Positions 35,270 to 44,927 of a stretch of DNA of 64,000 nt are shown piece by piece. The number at the start of each line of letters is the position of its first letter. The first letter of the stretch is position 1. The stretch is from Candidatus Micrarchaeota archaeon. GTDB taxonomy: Archaea; Micrarchaeota; Micrarchaeia; Anstonellales; Bilamarchaeaceae. The notes below the pieces were generated by a model. The model saw nothing but the letters and a program-made list of their open reading frames with translations. It was not told the DNA's origin and ran no database searches. Position numbers and translations under genes: made by a program. The stretch is from contig JAHJCT010000017.1 in NCBI GenBank assembly GCA_018812715.1, positions 204,019 to 268,018 on the forward strand. Reading direction: 5' to 3'.

Positions 35270-36175
35270 ATGCGAATTTTTCTTTTCCTTTTCTTAATTT
35301 CTCTTACATTTGCAGCAAATGTAACTCCATTTCTTAATTTAGAATTAGAAACTAGTTGTCCAGGCAATTTCCTCAACATAACAACCATCTTATCTAATGG
35401 TACAGCGGCAGCAGATGTAGAACTTCGACTTGTACGTCATATTCCCTATCAAGGCCTTCGTGCTATTCAACATACTAATGAAAATGGGACAGCATCTGTA
35501 GAATTAACAAACACAGGTGAATATCGTATCTACATTGAAAACAGCGATTACTACAATAGTGATACATTTGTAGAGTTCAATTACTCTGAGATGTGTCCTC
35601 TTCCTCCTCCAGAAGAGTTTAATCTCTCTATTGAAGTAAATTGCAATGCCAGCATCCTCAAAATAACTGCAAGTAAAGATGGAATCCCATTGGAAAATGT
35701 TTTCATAAACACACAGAATTGGTCTTCTCTCACCGGAACTACTGGAACTGTTTTCTTTCTGCTTGAAGAAGGTTGGACTTTGATACGTGCAAATAAATCT
35801 GGATATGTTTACAAAGAATCAATTATAAACATAGTTTGCACACCGCCAGAATGCATTACAGATGAGAATTGCACCTATAATCAATATTGCTTCAATGAGA
35901 GTTGCATCAATCTCACTGGTGTATGTGGCTATCCAGAAAATCATTCATGGATTGGATATGAGTGCTGTGAAGATGGGGGTTGTGAAATGAATTTTGTATG
36001 TCTGAATAACAGCTGCATTTCATTGCCTCCACAGCCTGAAAATATAAACAATGTTTCCCTAAACCAAACTGTCTCTCAAGAAGAACCTGCAGAACCCCCC
36101 TGTATTGCGGCATTATTGCTACTATTTATTTTGCTATTGACCACTTTATTGAACTACGTTCAATATGCGCCTTGA
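35270..36175 (+). CDS. Secreted Cys-rich surface protein paralog C (301 aa) with signal peptide and C-terminal hydrophobic anchor
   Basis: MRIFLFLFLISLTFAANVTP signal. Cys-rich CGYPENHSWIGYECCEDGGCEMNFVCLNNSC matches the module in the 1021- and 1189-aa proteins. C-terminal PCIAALLLLFILLLTTLL. The start is set at the internal Met; the ORF track extends further upstream. Confidence 0.7.
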   Translation: MRIFLFLFLISLTFAANVTPFLNLELETSCPGNFLNITTILSNGTAAADVELRLVRHIPYQGLRAIQHTNENGTASVELTNTGEYRIYIENSDYYNSDTFVEFNYSEMCPLPPPEEFNLSIEVNCNASILKITASKDGIPLENVFINTQNWSSLTGTTGTVFFLLEEGWTLIRANKSGYVYKESIINIVCTPPECITDENCTYNQYCFNESCINLTGVCGYPENHSWIGYECCEDGGCEMNFVCLNNSCISLPPQPENINNVSLNQTVSQEEPAEPPCIAALLLLFILLLTTLLNYVQYAP

Positions 36176-36235
36176 ACTTTGTTCAAGTGCGACCCATTTA
36201 CTTTTGCCATTAGAATAACATAAATCAGAAGTAAT

Positions 36236-36548
36236 TGGAGTGGGCTTTCTGCTTGAAAATAAATTTTCAAGATCAGCCAACTTTGCATAAGCAAAGTGGG
36301 CTTTCCAGTTAGCCTTGACATGAATATAAGGAGCCAATATCCGCTACTCAATCCTGGATCTTATAAGCACGGAACGATACATTTAGGGCTGCTTCTTCCG
36401 ATCTGACCCGGTTCATATATAATCCCGCCACATAAGGCAGGACGTCAACGCTTAAGATACTGGGCATACATCCACGGCAAAACGCCCCAGACCTTCGAGT
36501 CGCCTAAGGGGATTTGCGATGCCGGGACCCCTAGCCCCGCTCTAGCCC
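36236..36548 (-). ncRNA. Signal recognition particle RNA (7S / SRP RNA)
   Basis: The minus strand reads GGUCAGAUCGGAAGAAGCAGCC, the helix-8 GGAA-tetraloop and GCAGCC motif of SRP RNA. Alu-domain-like 5' loops (GGGGUCCCGGCAUCGC...GACUCGAAGGUC). Helix-6-like hairpin CCUGCC-UUAUGU-GGCGGG. The 5' GAGCGGGGCU can pair with the 3' AGCCCACUCC. The 3' boundary is approximate. Confidence 0.75.
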
Positions 36549-36585
36549 ATTATTATAACGAAATTCTCCTTTTTAAAACGCATAC
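36549..36585 (-). promoter_or_regulatory. TATA-box promoter of the SRP RNA
   Basis: On the transcribed strand CGTTTTAAAAAGGAGAATTTCGTTATAATAAT precedes GGGCUAGAGC. The TTTTAAAAA element sits about 25-32 nt upstream of the inferred 5' end. Confidence 0.5.
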
Positions 36586-37127
36586 CTAACTCTTTTTTCT
36601 ACATTTTTAACTCGTTTCAATATGCCTTTGGCTTTAGAATAAGATTCATATCCTTTGATGAAACTTTCTTTTTCAGAGATTGCCCTTAACATAGTAAAAA
36701 CATCAACTGCTTTATCTTCAATATCATTAGAAACAAATCCTAATCCAAAATCTATGACAAACATTTCTCCATCAACAAAAAGATTTGCCGGGGTGTAATC
36801 ACCATGAATGATATCTGATGTATGTAATTTAGCAAGCAGCTCTCCCGCTTCTTTTGCTTCTTCATTATTCATCTCAGGTCTTTTCCCTGCAATAAAACTC
36901 ATTGTTATGGCAAATTCCTCTACTTCAAGAACTGTTGGGCATGCGACCCCTGCAATCTTTGCTTTATGCAAAAGCCTTGCCTCTCCGCGCGTTCTTTCTC
37001 TTCTTAATTTTTCATCTAAATTCTTATCTCTGTAAGCTTTTGCGATTCTCTCTTTAATCACTACTGGCTTTCCTAAAAGACTAGTTTTATGCAATACTGC
37101 TTCAGCACCCCTCATCTTTTCACCCAA
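36573..37127 (-). CDS. bud32: Bud32/Kae1-associated small protein kinase (KEOPS subunit)
   Basis: 184 aa. Conserved Lys in VVIKERI, catalytic loop IIHGDYTPANLFV, and DFG in VIDFGLGF. No kae1 gene is adjacent. Confidence 0.7.
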   Translation of the reverse strand: MGEKMRGAEAVLHKTSLLGKPVVIKERIAKAYRDKNLDEKLRRERTRGEARLLHKAKIAGVACPTVLEVEEFAITMSFIAGKRPEMNNEEAKEAGELLAKLHTSDIIHGDYTPANLFVDGEMFVIDFGLGFVSNDIEDKAVDVFTMLRAISEKESFIKGYESYSKAKGILKRVKNVEKRVRYAF

Positions 37128-37851
37128 AAGCCAATTTAGAGAAAATTAGTACAATGACTAATAGTATAGCCCAATTTAGAACCATTGCAGGGCTTATGAA
37201 TATCCATCCCAAAGCCAATACTACTAATGTTATTGCAGTCCAAACAAGCCTGCTCCATCTAAATATCTTACTTCCATCCAATGGAAATGCCGGTATAGTA
37301 TTGAAGAGTGCCAGCAAAAGATTAATTGCAGCACCGAACTGCCATACTTTGAATACACCGTTACTTATTCCAAGTCCTCCAAATCCATCTCCTAATCCAA
37401 CTAAGAATGAAAAGTATTGATTCACTGGAGCAATCAATTCAAGACCGAGGAAAAAGAAAAATAACAAAACATTTAGCACCGGGCCAGCAATTGATATAAT
37501 GCCATTTTGTCTGACGGTTATCCTGTTTGAATAAATATAAACTGCACCAGGAGCTGCAAAAAGCAGACCAAAAAGAGACATCAGCAACATCAGCACTAAT
37601 CCTTGGGTCCACATTTTGAATTTTGCCTTTGCTCCATACATTATGGCAACAAGCTTATGGGCCATTTCATGTAATACAAATCCGCTTCCAATCGTCACCA
37701 TTAAAGGTGCCATGAAAACGAAAAATTCTACTGGATACTTCAACATTCCACCAATTTCTGCGAATACTAATCCTAATGCAAATGAAATAGCCACTACACT
37801 GATGATTATTTCTATTGCCTCATCTGCTTCTATCGAAAATATCCTATGCAA
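37120..37851 (-). CDS. Membrane zinc metalloprotease, M50 (site-2 protease) family
   Basis: Polytopic membrane protein with HEMAHKLVA (HExxH in a TM helix) and NTIPAFPLDGSKIF (the M50 second motif). Confidence 0.75.
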   Translation of the reverse strand: MHRIFSIEADEAIEIIISVVAISFALGLVFAEIGGMLKYPVEFFVFMAPLMVTIGSGFVLHEMAHKLVAIMYGAKAKFKMWTQGLVLMLLMSLFGLLFAAPGAVYIYSNRITVRQNGIISIAGPVLNVLLFFFFLGLELIAPVNQYFSFLVGLGDGFGGLGISNGVFKVWQFGAAINLLLALFNTIPAFPLDGSKIFRWSRLVWTAITLVVLALGWIFISPAMVLNWAILLVIVLIFSKLAFG

Positions 37852-38244
37852 TCAATCAACCAACTTTTCTTCGTAAATAATACGAATTTTTGCAGGAGTT
37901 ATAAGTCCCGTATAACTTTCTATAATTCCTAATACCTCAGTTCCATTATTAAGTGTTATCTTTATCTGGTCATTTTTTCTTCCATTCGCAGCTGCCTTCC
38001 CAACCCTCCCTATAATTCCAGGAAGGGCCGAATCTGTGACAACTGCTACCTTATCTCCTGATTTTACTCCTCTAACATCGGGATATAATGCTGTTGCTCC
38101 TATCGAAATAACAGTGCTAATTGCAAATATCTTGAGCGTAGTAATGATAGTAATTTCTGGCAGCAACCCGAACGCTAACAATGAAATGCAAATAGAAATT
38201 AACATCAATTTGAAGAACATCGCAATTCTCATTGTTTCACCCAT
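37852..38244 (-). CDS. Small membrane protein with C-terminal OB/NfeD-like domain
   Basis: Two N-terminal TM helices, then GDKVAVVTDS...ITLNNGTEVLGIIES, which resembles the NfeD C-terminal beta-barrel. Weak call. Confidence 0.35.
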   Translation of the reverse strand: MGETMRIAMFFKLMLISICISLLAFGLLPEITIITTLKIFAISTVISIGATALYPDVRGVKSGDKVAVVTDSALPGIIGRVGKAAANGRKNDQIKITLNNGTEVLGIIESYTGLITPAKIRIIYEEKLVD

Positions 38245-40384
38245 ACATAGTAGATGCCGTAGTTTTGAATTTCTTCACACTCTCAACATCCTCTTTCTTA
38301 ATACTTGGCACTATTGATTTGAACGAGAGTTCGAAGTGCCTTGTTTCAACCTTTTTTGCCCCTTCCCTTATGGCAGCCATTCCAGCTTCTCTTACAAGAT
38401 TTTCTATATCTGCACCAGTGTAGCCATCTGTAAGTTTTGTCAAATCTTTGAGATTTACATCATTACTAAGCGGCATATTTCTGACTGCTATTTTGAATAT
38501 ACTGAGTCTTGCTGCTTCATCTGGTGCCTTTATTTCTATAAATCTATCAAATCTTCCTGGCCGCATAAGTGCTGGATCAAGAATATCTGGTCTATTTGTT
38601 GCAGCGATAACTACAACATTTTTGAGGCTCCTTAAACCATCCATCTCAGTAAGTAATGTGTCAACTATTCTTTCAGTTACTAATGCGCCCCCCTCACCAT
38701 ATCCAGTTCTTCTCACAGCAACTGCATCCATCTCATCTATGAACAATACGCATGGTGCTGCCATTCGTGCTTTTTTGAAAAGTTCTCTTACTGTTCTTTC
38801 AGATTCTCCAACATACTTAGACAACACCTGTGCCCCGCTTATTGATATGAAATTGGCTTCGGTTTCATTAGCTACGGCCTTAGCAAGTAGTGTTTTTCCT
38901 GTTCCCGGTGGACCGTACATTAAGATACCTTTAATCGGTCTGATACCCATTTTTTCAAACATTTCGGGCATTTTCAATGGCAATTCTACTGCTTCTTGAA
39001 TCTCTCTTTTCACTTCTTCAAGACCTCCGATATCCTCCCATTTGACTGATGGCCTTTCAACAAAGACCTCACGAAGTGCAGATGGTTGTATCTCATGCAT
39101 TGCATTGAAGAAATCATCTCGCGTTACTTTTATGCTTTCAAGTAATTGTGGAGAAAGATTTTCCTCATCCATATTTATACTTGGAAGAATCCTCCTCAGT
39201 GCTTTTATTGCAGCTTCTTTTGTAAGCAGAGCAAGATCAGCACCAGTATAACCATGAGTAACATTTGCCATTTCTATGATCTTAAAGTTTTCTTCAAGTG
39301 GCATGCATCTTACATGGATATTCAATATCTCCTCTCTTCCTTTTTTGTCTGGTACTCCTATTTCAATTTCCCTGTCAAATCTACCCGGCCGCCTCAATGC
39401 CGGATCCAATGAATCTGGCCTATTAGTAGCCCCAATTACTATTACCTCCCCTCTCACTCTTAGGCCATCCATGGTGGTAAGCAATTGTGATACCATTCTT
39501 TTTTCTACTTCACCAACAACCTCTTCACGTTTTGGGGCTATGGCATCTATCTCGTCTATGAAAATTATGGATGGTGCAGTTTCTTGTGCCTCTGCAAACA
39601 ATTTACGCAGTCTTTCTTCACTCTCTCCGACATATTTGCTTATTATTTCTGGCCCACCAACATAGAAGAAATTTGCATCACTTTCATTAGCCACGGCTTT
39701 AGCAAGTAATGTTTTTCCTGTTCCTGGAGAACCATGAAGCAGAATTCCCTTTGGTGGTTCTATTCCCAAACGCTCGAATAATTCCGGATGCCTCAAAGGA
39801 AGTTCAATCATCTCACGCACTTTTTGTATGGTGTCCTTTAAGCCGCCAACATCATCATAGGTAATATTCGGTATATTCTTCATCTCTTTAATCGGTTCTT
39901 TGTTTATATGTACTTCAGTATCTTCGCTTATCACTACTGGCCCTTGCGGGAAGACCTGGGCTACTATTAATGGTATAGAAGTTCCGAAAATACCAACAGG
40001 AAGTAGATTTCCTTTGAGTACTGCTTTGCCAATCAATCTTTTCTTTACATATTGGTCAAATCCTACTGAATATCTTACACTTTCCTGAGGCGCAAGAACA
40101 ATCTTTTTCGCATTTTTCACCTGTATTGGTTCTACTCTTATCCGTTCGCCAAGTCCAATACTGAGGTTTTGCCGCAGAATTCCATCTATTCTTATCATAT
40201 CTAATCCTTCGTCATCTTGGTGGGCCTGCCAAACGATAGCAAGTGCAGATTTTTTTCCAGTCAGTTTGATGATATCTCCAGTAGAGACTCCCAATTGACT
40301 TTTTGCTTTGGAGTCAACCCTTGCAATTCCTCTTCCGATATCATTCTGGAATGCTTCAGCAATTTTTAGTGATATCCCAGCCAT
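38237..40384 (-). CDS. cdc48: CDC48/VCP-like AAA+ ATPase (two AAA domains)
   Basis: N-domain, then two Walker A boxes (GSPGTGKT and GPPGTGKT), DEID/DEMD Walker B and second-region-of-homology motifs. 715 aa. Confidence 0.95.
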   Translation of the reverse strand: MAGISLKIAEAFQNDIGRGIARVDSKAKSQLGVSTGDIIKLTGKKSALAIVWQAHQDDEGLDMIRIDGILRQNLSIGLGERIRVEPIQVKNAKKIVLAPQESVRYSVGFDQYVKKRLIGKAVLKGNLLPVGIFGTSIPLIVAQVFPQGPVVISEDTEVHINKEPIKEMKNIPNITYDDVGGLKDTIQKVREMIELPLRHPELFERLGIEPPKGILLHGSPGTGKTLLAKAVANESDANFFYVGGPEIISKYVGESEERLRKLFAEAQETAPSIIFIDEIDAIAPKREEVVGEVEKRMVSQLLTTMDGLRVRGEVIVIGATNRPDSLDPALRRPGRFDREIEIGVPDKKGREEILNIHVRCMPLEENFKIIEMANVTHGYTGADLALLTKEAAIKALRRILPSINMDEENLSPQLLESIKVTRDDFFNAMHEIQPSALREVFVERPSVKWEDIGGLEEVKREIQEAVELPLKMPEMFEKMGIRPIKGILMYGPPGTGKTLLAKAVANETEANFISISGAQVLSKYVGESERTVRELFKKARMAAPCVLFIDEMDAVAVRRTGYGEGGALVTERIVDTLLTEMDGLRSLKNVVVIAATNRPDILDPALMRPGRFDRFIEIKAPDEAARLSIFKIAVRNMPLSNDVNLKDLTKLTDGYTGADIENLVREAGMAAIREGAKKVETRHFELSFKSIVPSIKKEDVESVKKFKTTASTMYG

Positions 40385-40387
40385 TTT

Positions 40388-41365
40388 CTAACCTCTAATA
40401 AAAACTTGACCTTTTTTCTCCTCTATTTTAACTGCGATTCTAGTATTTATTAAAGTTCCTCTTTTAAGTTCCACGACGGTAGAAAGGGCAATATCATCAG
40501 CCACTTTAATTCCCAAGAACTTAAGGGCATTTTTACGATTTAAAGAAACAGTTTTGTTATTTACATCCACTGAGAGCATTTCATCTTTGCATGTTAGCTC
40601 TTTCACTGTCCCAATAAGCATATTCTCTTTTCTTCTTGTCTTTATTCTTGAGGAGTGATCAAGAGTTATGTCTCCTTTATTGACATGCCCACCTTCAATC
40701 AAAATCTCATCACCTTCTTTGAGCTTTTCTCCCCTCTCAACATTTTCACATATCACAACCCTTCGTTCTGTTTTTCCATTTGATATCATGAATGAGAATC
40801 CCATCGAGCTTCGCCCATCTCTTACAAATTTGTCATATCTTTCAATCTTGCTTATAATTCCCTTCAGATGTACTATCTCATCATCTTCCAGCTCATCTAA
40901 TTCAGAAAATGGGGACTTTTTCTCAATCGTCAACTTTCCGCTATACCCAAAATGAAGTTCTCCTGATTTTTCATATACTCCATTTACATTAATCTCATCA
41001 TTCACTCTAACGCTCTTTACTAATTCGGTATCTTTGTTCCAAAATACCAACGGCATCTCCCCAGTTTCATCTTTCACTTCTACAACCTGCGAGCATTTTC
41101 CTGAGGGGTAAGTTACTAGTGGCCAGATCTTTTTTACATGTGCTCTAAAAGCCATTTTTCTGATTCCTTTGGGTGCCTCACCAAGTTTGTAGGTCTCTTC
41201 CTTTTGTTTAAGTATGTCCCTTTCCTTTGCTATTAATCTTACTGCAACTTCTCGAGTAAGCAGGCCATGAAACGATGCAATTTTTTGTTTTATCAACTGC
41301 TCTAATTCGTCTTTTTCAATTAATTTGAGCAGTTCCCCCTCCATGTCCATGAAAAGCATTTGCAC
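40388..41365 (-). CDS. OB-fold-rich protein; possible RPA-like ssDNA-binding protein
   Basis: 325 aa with repeated beta-rich segments of about 100 aa. Separated by 3 nt from the downstream cdc48 gene. No decisive motif. Confidence 0.3.
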   Translation of the reverse strand: MQMLFMDMEGELLKLIEKDELEQLIKQKIASFHGLLTREVAVRLIAKERDILKQKEETYKLGEAPKGIRKMAFRAHVKKIWPLVTYPSGKCSQVVEVKDETGEMPLVFWNKDTELVKSVRVNDEINVNGVYEKSGELHFGYSGKLTIEKKSPFSELDELEDDEIVHLKGIISKIERYDKFVRDGRSSMGFSFMISNGKTERRVVICENVERGEKLKEGDEILIEGGHVNKGDITLDHSSRIKTRRKENMLIGTVKELTCKDEMLSVDVNNKTVSLNRKNALKFLGIKVADDIALSTVVELKRGTLINTRIAVKIEEKKGQVFIRG

Positions 41366-41400
41366 CCAAATAATTTAAACGTAAATGACTATTTTCATAC

Positions 41401-42369
41401 ATGCGAAAAATGTCAAATCTAGAGTATTCATTTATAGTCAAAGAACTTTCTTCTTTACTTGGTAAGCACTTCTCAAAAATACGCAAAATGAACGAGGATA
41501 CCTATCGTATGAAAATAGGAAACATTGAAATTCTTTGTCAATTAGGCGTCCGCATCCACAAAACTAAATATATAGAAGAACCAGAACCACATGACAAATT
41601 TGTACAAAAATTAGAAAAAGAACTTGTAAATGCAAAGCTTCTCTCAATAGAACAACTAAACAACGATCGCATTATTTCATTCAATTTTGATAAAGGAAAT
41701 CTAGTTTTTGAAATGTTTGGAAAAGGCAACATTATCCTGTTGAAAGATGAAAAAATCATCTGTGCTTATAAAAATGAAAAATGGGCAGACAGGGAAATTA
41801 AGGTTGGCCTTGGTTACTCCCCACCAAAGAAGCCTTCAGATGAAATCGAAGTTTCAGATCGATATATCATAGTATCATTGACAAAACTTCCTCTGGGAAA
41901 GGAGTATGCACTTGAAGTACTGGCAAGATTGGGAATAGATGAAAAAACACCTGGAAACAAACTTAACACAGAACAACTTTCTAAACTTGAAAAAGAAATT
42001 GAAAAAATCAAAAAAAGCTGCCAGCCCTGCATGTTCATTCAAGATGGAAGACCATTTGATTTCTCACTTACAGAACTATCCTCTTATTCAACCCACGAAT
42101 CTAAGAAATTCCAATCTCTCAGTGAGGCAATTGATGAGTTTTATTATGCACGTGAAGCACCAAATGAACAACTTGAAAAACTGAAAAAAAGACTAGAAAA
42201 ACAGAAAGAAAGATTGGAATCTTTGAAAGGGGAAGAAAAAGAAAATCGGCAGAAAGGCGATCTGATATATGAAAATTACAGTAAAGTAGAAGAAAGTATA
42301 AAAGCTGCCAAAGCGGATAAAATTAAAAATTTAAATAAAAAAGAAAAATCAGTTGAAACCGACCTTTAG
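41401..42369 (+). CDS. NFACT-N domain protein (short Rqc2/NEMF/FbpA-like homologue)
   Basis: The N-terminal MSNLEYSFIVKELSSLLGKHFSKI... pattern is typical of NFACT-N (fibronectin-binding A N-terminal) proteins. At 322 aa it is about half the usual archaeal length. K/E-rich coiled-coil C-terminus. Confidence 0.45.
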   Translation: MRKMSNLEYSFIVKELSSLLGKHFSKIRKMNEDTYRMKIGNIEILCQLGVRIHKTKYIEEPEPHDKFVQKLEKELVNAKLLSIEQLNNDRIISFNFDKGNLVFEMFGKGNIILLKDEKIICAYKNEKWADREIKVGLGYSPPKKPSDEIEVSDRYIIVSLTKLPLGKEYALEVLARLGIDEKTPGNKLNTEQLSKLEKEIEKIKKSCQPCMFIQDGRPFDFSLTELSSYSTHESKKFQSLSEAIDEFYYAREAPNEQLEKLKKRLEKQKERLESLKGEEKENRQKGDLIYENYSKVEESIKAAKADKIKNLNKKEKSVETDL

Positions 42370-42788
42370 TATACTGATTCATTAGCCAATAAATTATCCT
42401 TCAGAATCAGTGCTGTTTTTCTTGGGTTGTCCACCATCAATGACAGTACTGTTGTTTTACCATCTTTAGAAATCATGTGGACATTTTGTATATTCACTCC
42501 CTCTTTTGACAGTGAACTAGTTATTCTGTTTAATTCTCCTGGTTTGTCGTCAAGTTTTACTACAACTGAATTAAGTTCTTCAACCTTGAATCCTGCGGAT
42601 TCAAGTACTTCTTTTCCTTTTTCTGCATCGGAAAGAGTCAAAGTAATAATTCCTTTTCCTGAAATGACATCAGCACTTATCGATTCAATATTTACTTTTT
42701 CTTTTGCTAAGACATATGAAATATCTGCCAAAAGACCTACTTTATCATTTGATACTATAGTTATAGTTCTCATACAACCACCTCTCAC
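42366..42788 (-). CDS. Tandem ACT-domain protein
   Basis: Two beta-alpha-beta-beta-alpha-beta units (ITIVSNDKVGLLADISYVLA... and VVKLDDKPGELNRITSSLS...), typical of ACT regulatory domains. Confidence 0.65.
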   Translation of the reverse strand: MRGGCMRTITIVSNDKVGLLADISYVLAKEKVNIESISADVISGKGIITLTLSDAEKGKEVLESAGFKVEELNSVVVKLDDKPGELNRITSSLSKEGVNIQNVHMISKDGKTTVLSLMVDNPRKTALILKDNLLANESVY

Positions 42789-43081
42789 AATCTATAAATT
42801 TGGACATAAGGAATTTTATTTATATACATAATTTCTTCTTTATCTATTATATCCATAGAAATAGCAATACTTACACATCTACTCCCAACTAAATTAGCAG
42901 AATCAAATTCTTTTAAAGCACTTTTAACGTCGTCATCTCCTGCTCTTTCTCCAATGTAAAATGCCCTATGCCTGTCAAGATCCATATACACAGTTCCATC
43001 ATCAAGAACCTTTCCAATTAGTTCTTTATCACAAATAGCAACTATGCGTCCTGTTTGAGTTTCGTGTATCTTCAAATACAT
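42785..43081 (-). CDS. Conserved archaeal small protein (DUF424/COG2412-like)
   Basis: 98 aa. MYLKIHETQTGRIVAICDKELIGK...FYIGE pattern. Low-confidence family call. Confidence 0.4.
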   Translation of the reverse strand: MYLKIHETQTGRIVAICDKELIGKVLDDGTVYMDLDRHRAFYIGERAGDDDVKSALKEFDSANLVGSRCVSIAISMDIIDKEEIMYINKIPYVQIYRL

Positions 43082-43103
43082 AAAAAATTCTATATGTTAA
43101 TCT

Positions 43104-44216
43104 TTATCTGCTTTTGCAATAGTGCAAAGCCAATGCTTTATATGCATCTTTCCATTCTTTGATGCTTTTCATTCCTACATGTTCATTGGATCGATGAATT
43201 ACTTTGTTACCATTTTCATCATAACCAGTTGGTCCCATGCTAATAGTCGGAATGTTTTTCTCTGTGAAAAAATGCCCGTCACAGCCGCCCAATTTAATTC
43301 TAAGCTCTAACTTCCTTTCAAGTACTCTCTCTGCTACTTCTTTTGCATTTACAACTAATTCGTGATCTGGAGCAGTATACATTCCCTTAATCTTCATACT
43401 TATTTCAACTTTTGATTTTTCATCCATGAGACTCTCAAGATACTTCACAACGTTTTCCATATCTTCATTCACTGGCACTCTAATATCAAGTCCAAAGTAA
43501 CACTCTTCAGGTATTACATTGATTGTTTCTCCACCTCTGAAAAGTCCAATATTGCATGTTTTTAGATTAACTGATTCATCTCTAGTTGCTTTCAATATCA
43601 GTATTTTATCTTCAGCTATTTTGTTGATGATACGAATTGCTCTAAGAACAGCACTATCACCTGCATAAAGGCGTGACCCGTGTGCTCGTTTTCCAAATGT
43701 TTTTACATCTGCCCGAACAAGGCCTTTGTGCGCATATGCAATTCCTTCTCCACTTGGTTCCCCAATTACCATTCTTTTTGCATACAATCCTCTTTCTATA
43801 AGAGTCCTTGTTCCATGCTCTCCTCCTTTTTCTTCATCCCCAACAACCTGCAGAATTACCTTTCTCGAAAGATCCTCTTCAGCAAGTTCTAAGTATGCTA
43901 CAAGCATAGCTGCTAATCCGCCTTTCATATCAGTGGCTCCTAACCCGTAAAGCTCTCCACCTTTTATCACAGGTTCAAGCGGATCCGTTTCCCACCCAGT
44001 TCCTGGCGGCACAGTGTCATAATGTCCATTAAATCCTATCTCTGCCTCCCCTTCTCCAATGGTAGCATGTATATTCTTCACACCATTTGATTCAATTATT
44101 GACATTTCTATTCCAGATGTTTCAAGAAGTTCCTTTATGTAGAAAAACGGCCCATCTGCTCCATCATAACTTTTAAGCGCTATAAGGTCTTGAGTTATTT
44201 TTACTGGATCCATCAA
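43104..44216 (-). CDS. M20-family peptidase / deacylase (ArgE/DapE-like)
   Basis: GHYDTVPPG, GATDMKGGLAAM and the metal-ligand E of the dimerisation domain. 370 aa. Confidence 0.8.
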   Translation of the reverse strand: MMDPVKITQDLIALKSYDGADGPFFYIKELLETSGIEMSIIESNGVKNIHATIGEGEAEIGFNGHYDTVPPGTGWETDPLEPVIKGGELYGLGATDMKGGLAAMLVAYLELAEEDLSRKVILQVVGDEEKGGEHGTRTLIERGLYAKRMVIGEPSGEGIAYAHKGLVRADVKTFGKRAHGSRLYAGDSAVLRAIRIINKIAEDKILILKATRDESVNLKTCNIGLFRGGETINVIPEECYFGLDIRVPVNEDMENVVKYLESLMDEKSKVEISMKIKGMYTAPDHELVVNAKEVAERVLERKLELRIKLGGCDGHFFTEKNIPTISMGPTGYDENGNKVIHRSNEHVGMKSIKEWKDAYKALALHYCKSR

Positions 44217-44869
44217 ATCAAACCTGCAATAGAATTCAATATCAAAATGCCAAACATACTAACTACTACAAAGAAAAGAAAAATATTTGCTAATTTCATA
44301 AGTTCGAATACATCTTCTACTGATTTCTTTGTTTGCCCCAGTGTTTCTCTTTGGGATTGTACTCCGTCTTTTATATCGCCGATGTCTTCTCCCAATTCAT
44401 TTACTGTTGTTTTTTGCTCTTCAAATGCGGATACTGTTTCATTTAATTCCTGTGCCGATTCTTTTAATGATTCTGCAGCTTCCATATACTCTTCTTCAGG
44501 CATATCTACTCCAAGGCCTTCAATTCCAGATAATATCTCGCCAGTGCTGTTCAATGCATCTGCAGTTGATTGCAGCCCTTCTGAAAGTGGTTCTATCGAT
44601 TCCTGAAGAGATTCAAGTGCAGTGTCAGTAGAATTTAGCCCGCCTTCCAATGTTTCAAGTGTTTCTTCCATTTCAATCATATTTTGTCTTGCTTCTTCAA
44701 GATTGTTCAAAAGAGAGTTTTTGGTTTTGTCCATTGCATCGTTTATGATGAATACCAATACCAACAAGATAAAGCAACCTATAAATGCAATCGCCAATGA
44801 TGCTGCACGAAGAGGTTTTTTCAAATGTTCTAGTTTGAATTCATCCTCTTCAGATTTCTTTTTGGCCAT
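44213..44869 (-). CDS. Membrane protein with N- and C-terminal TM helices and a central acidic coiled-coil
   Basis: Hydrophobic LAIAFIGCFILLVLVFII and IFLFFVVVSMFGILILNSIAGLI flank an E/L-rich region. No family recognised. Confidence 0.5.
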   Translation of the reverse strand: MAKKKSEEDEFKLEHLKKPLRAASLAIAFIGCFILLVLVFIINDAMDKTKNSLLNNLEEARQNMIEMEETLETLEGGLNSTDTALESLQESIEPLSEGLQSTADALNSTGEILSGIEGLGVDMPEEEYMEAAESLKESAQELNETVSAFEEQKTTVNELGEDIGDIKDGVQSQRETLGQTKKSVEDVFELMKLANIFLFFVVVSMFGILILNSIAGLI

Positions 44870-44927
44870 AGTTCTATCACTACATCTTTATTCTTAAAAT
44901 TTTGTTTTATTTTTTAGTTAAAAGTAT

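Noticed and set aside
38448-39665. Plus-strand ORFs (183 aa, 129 aa and 88 aa) antisense to cdc48
   Set aside because: They overlap a very well-supported AAA+ ATPase gene on the opposite strand and have low-complexity Ser-rich sequences, so they are spurious.
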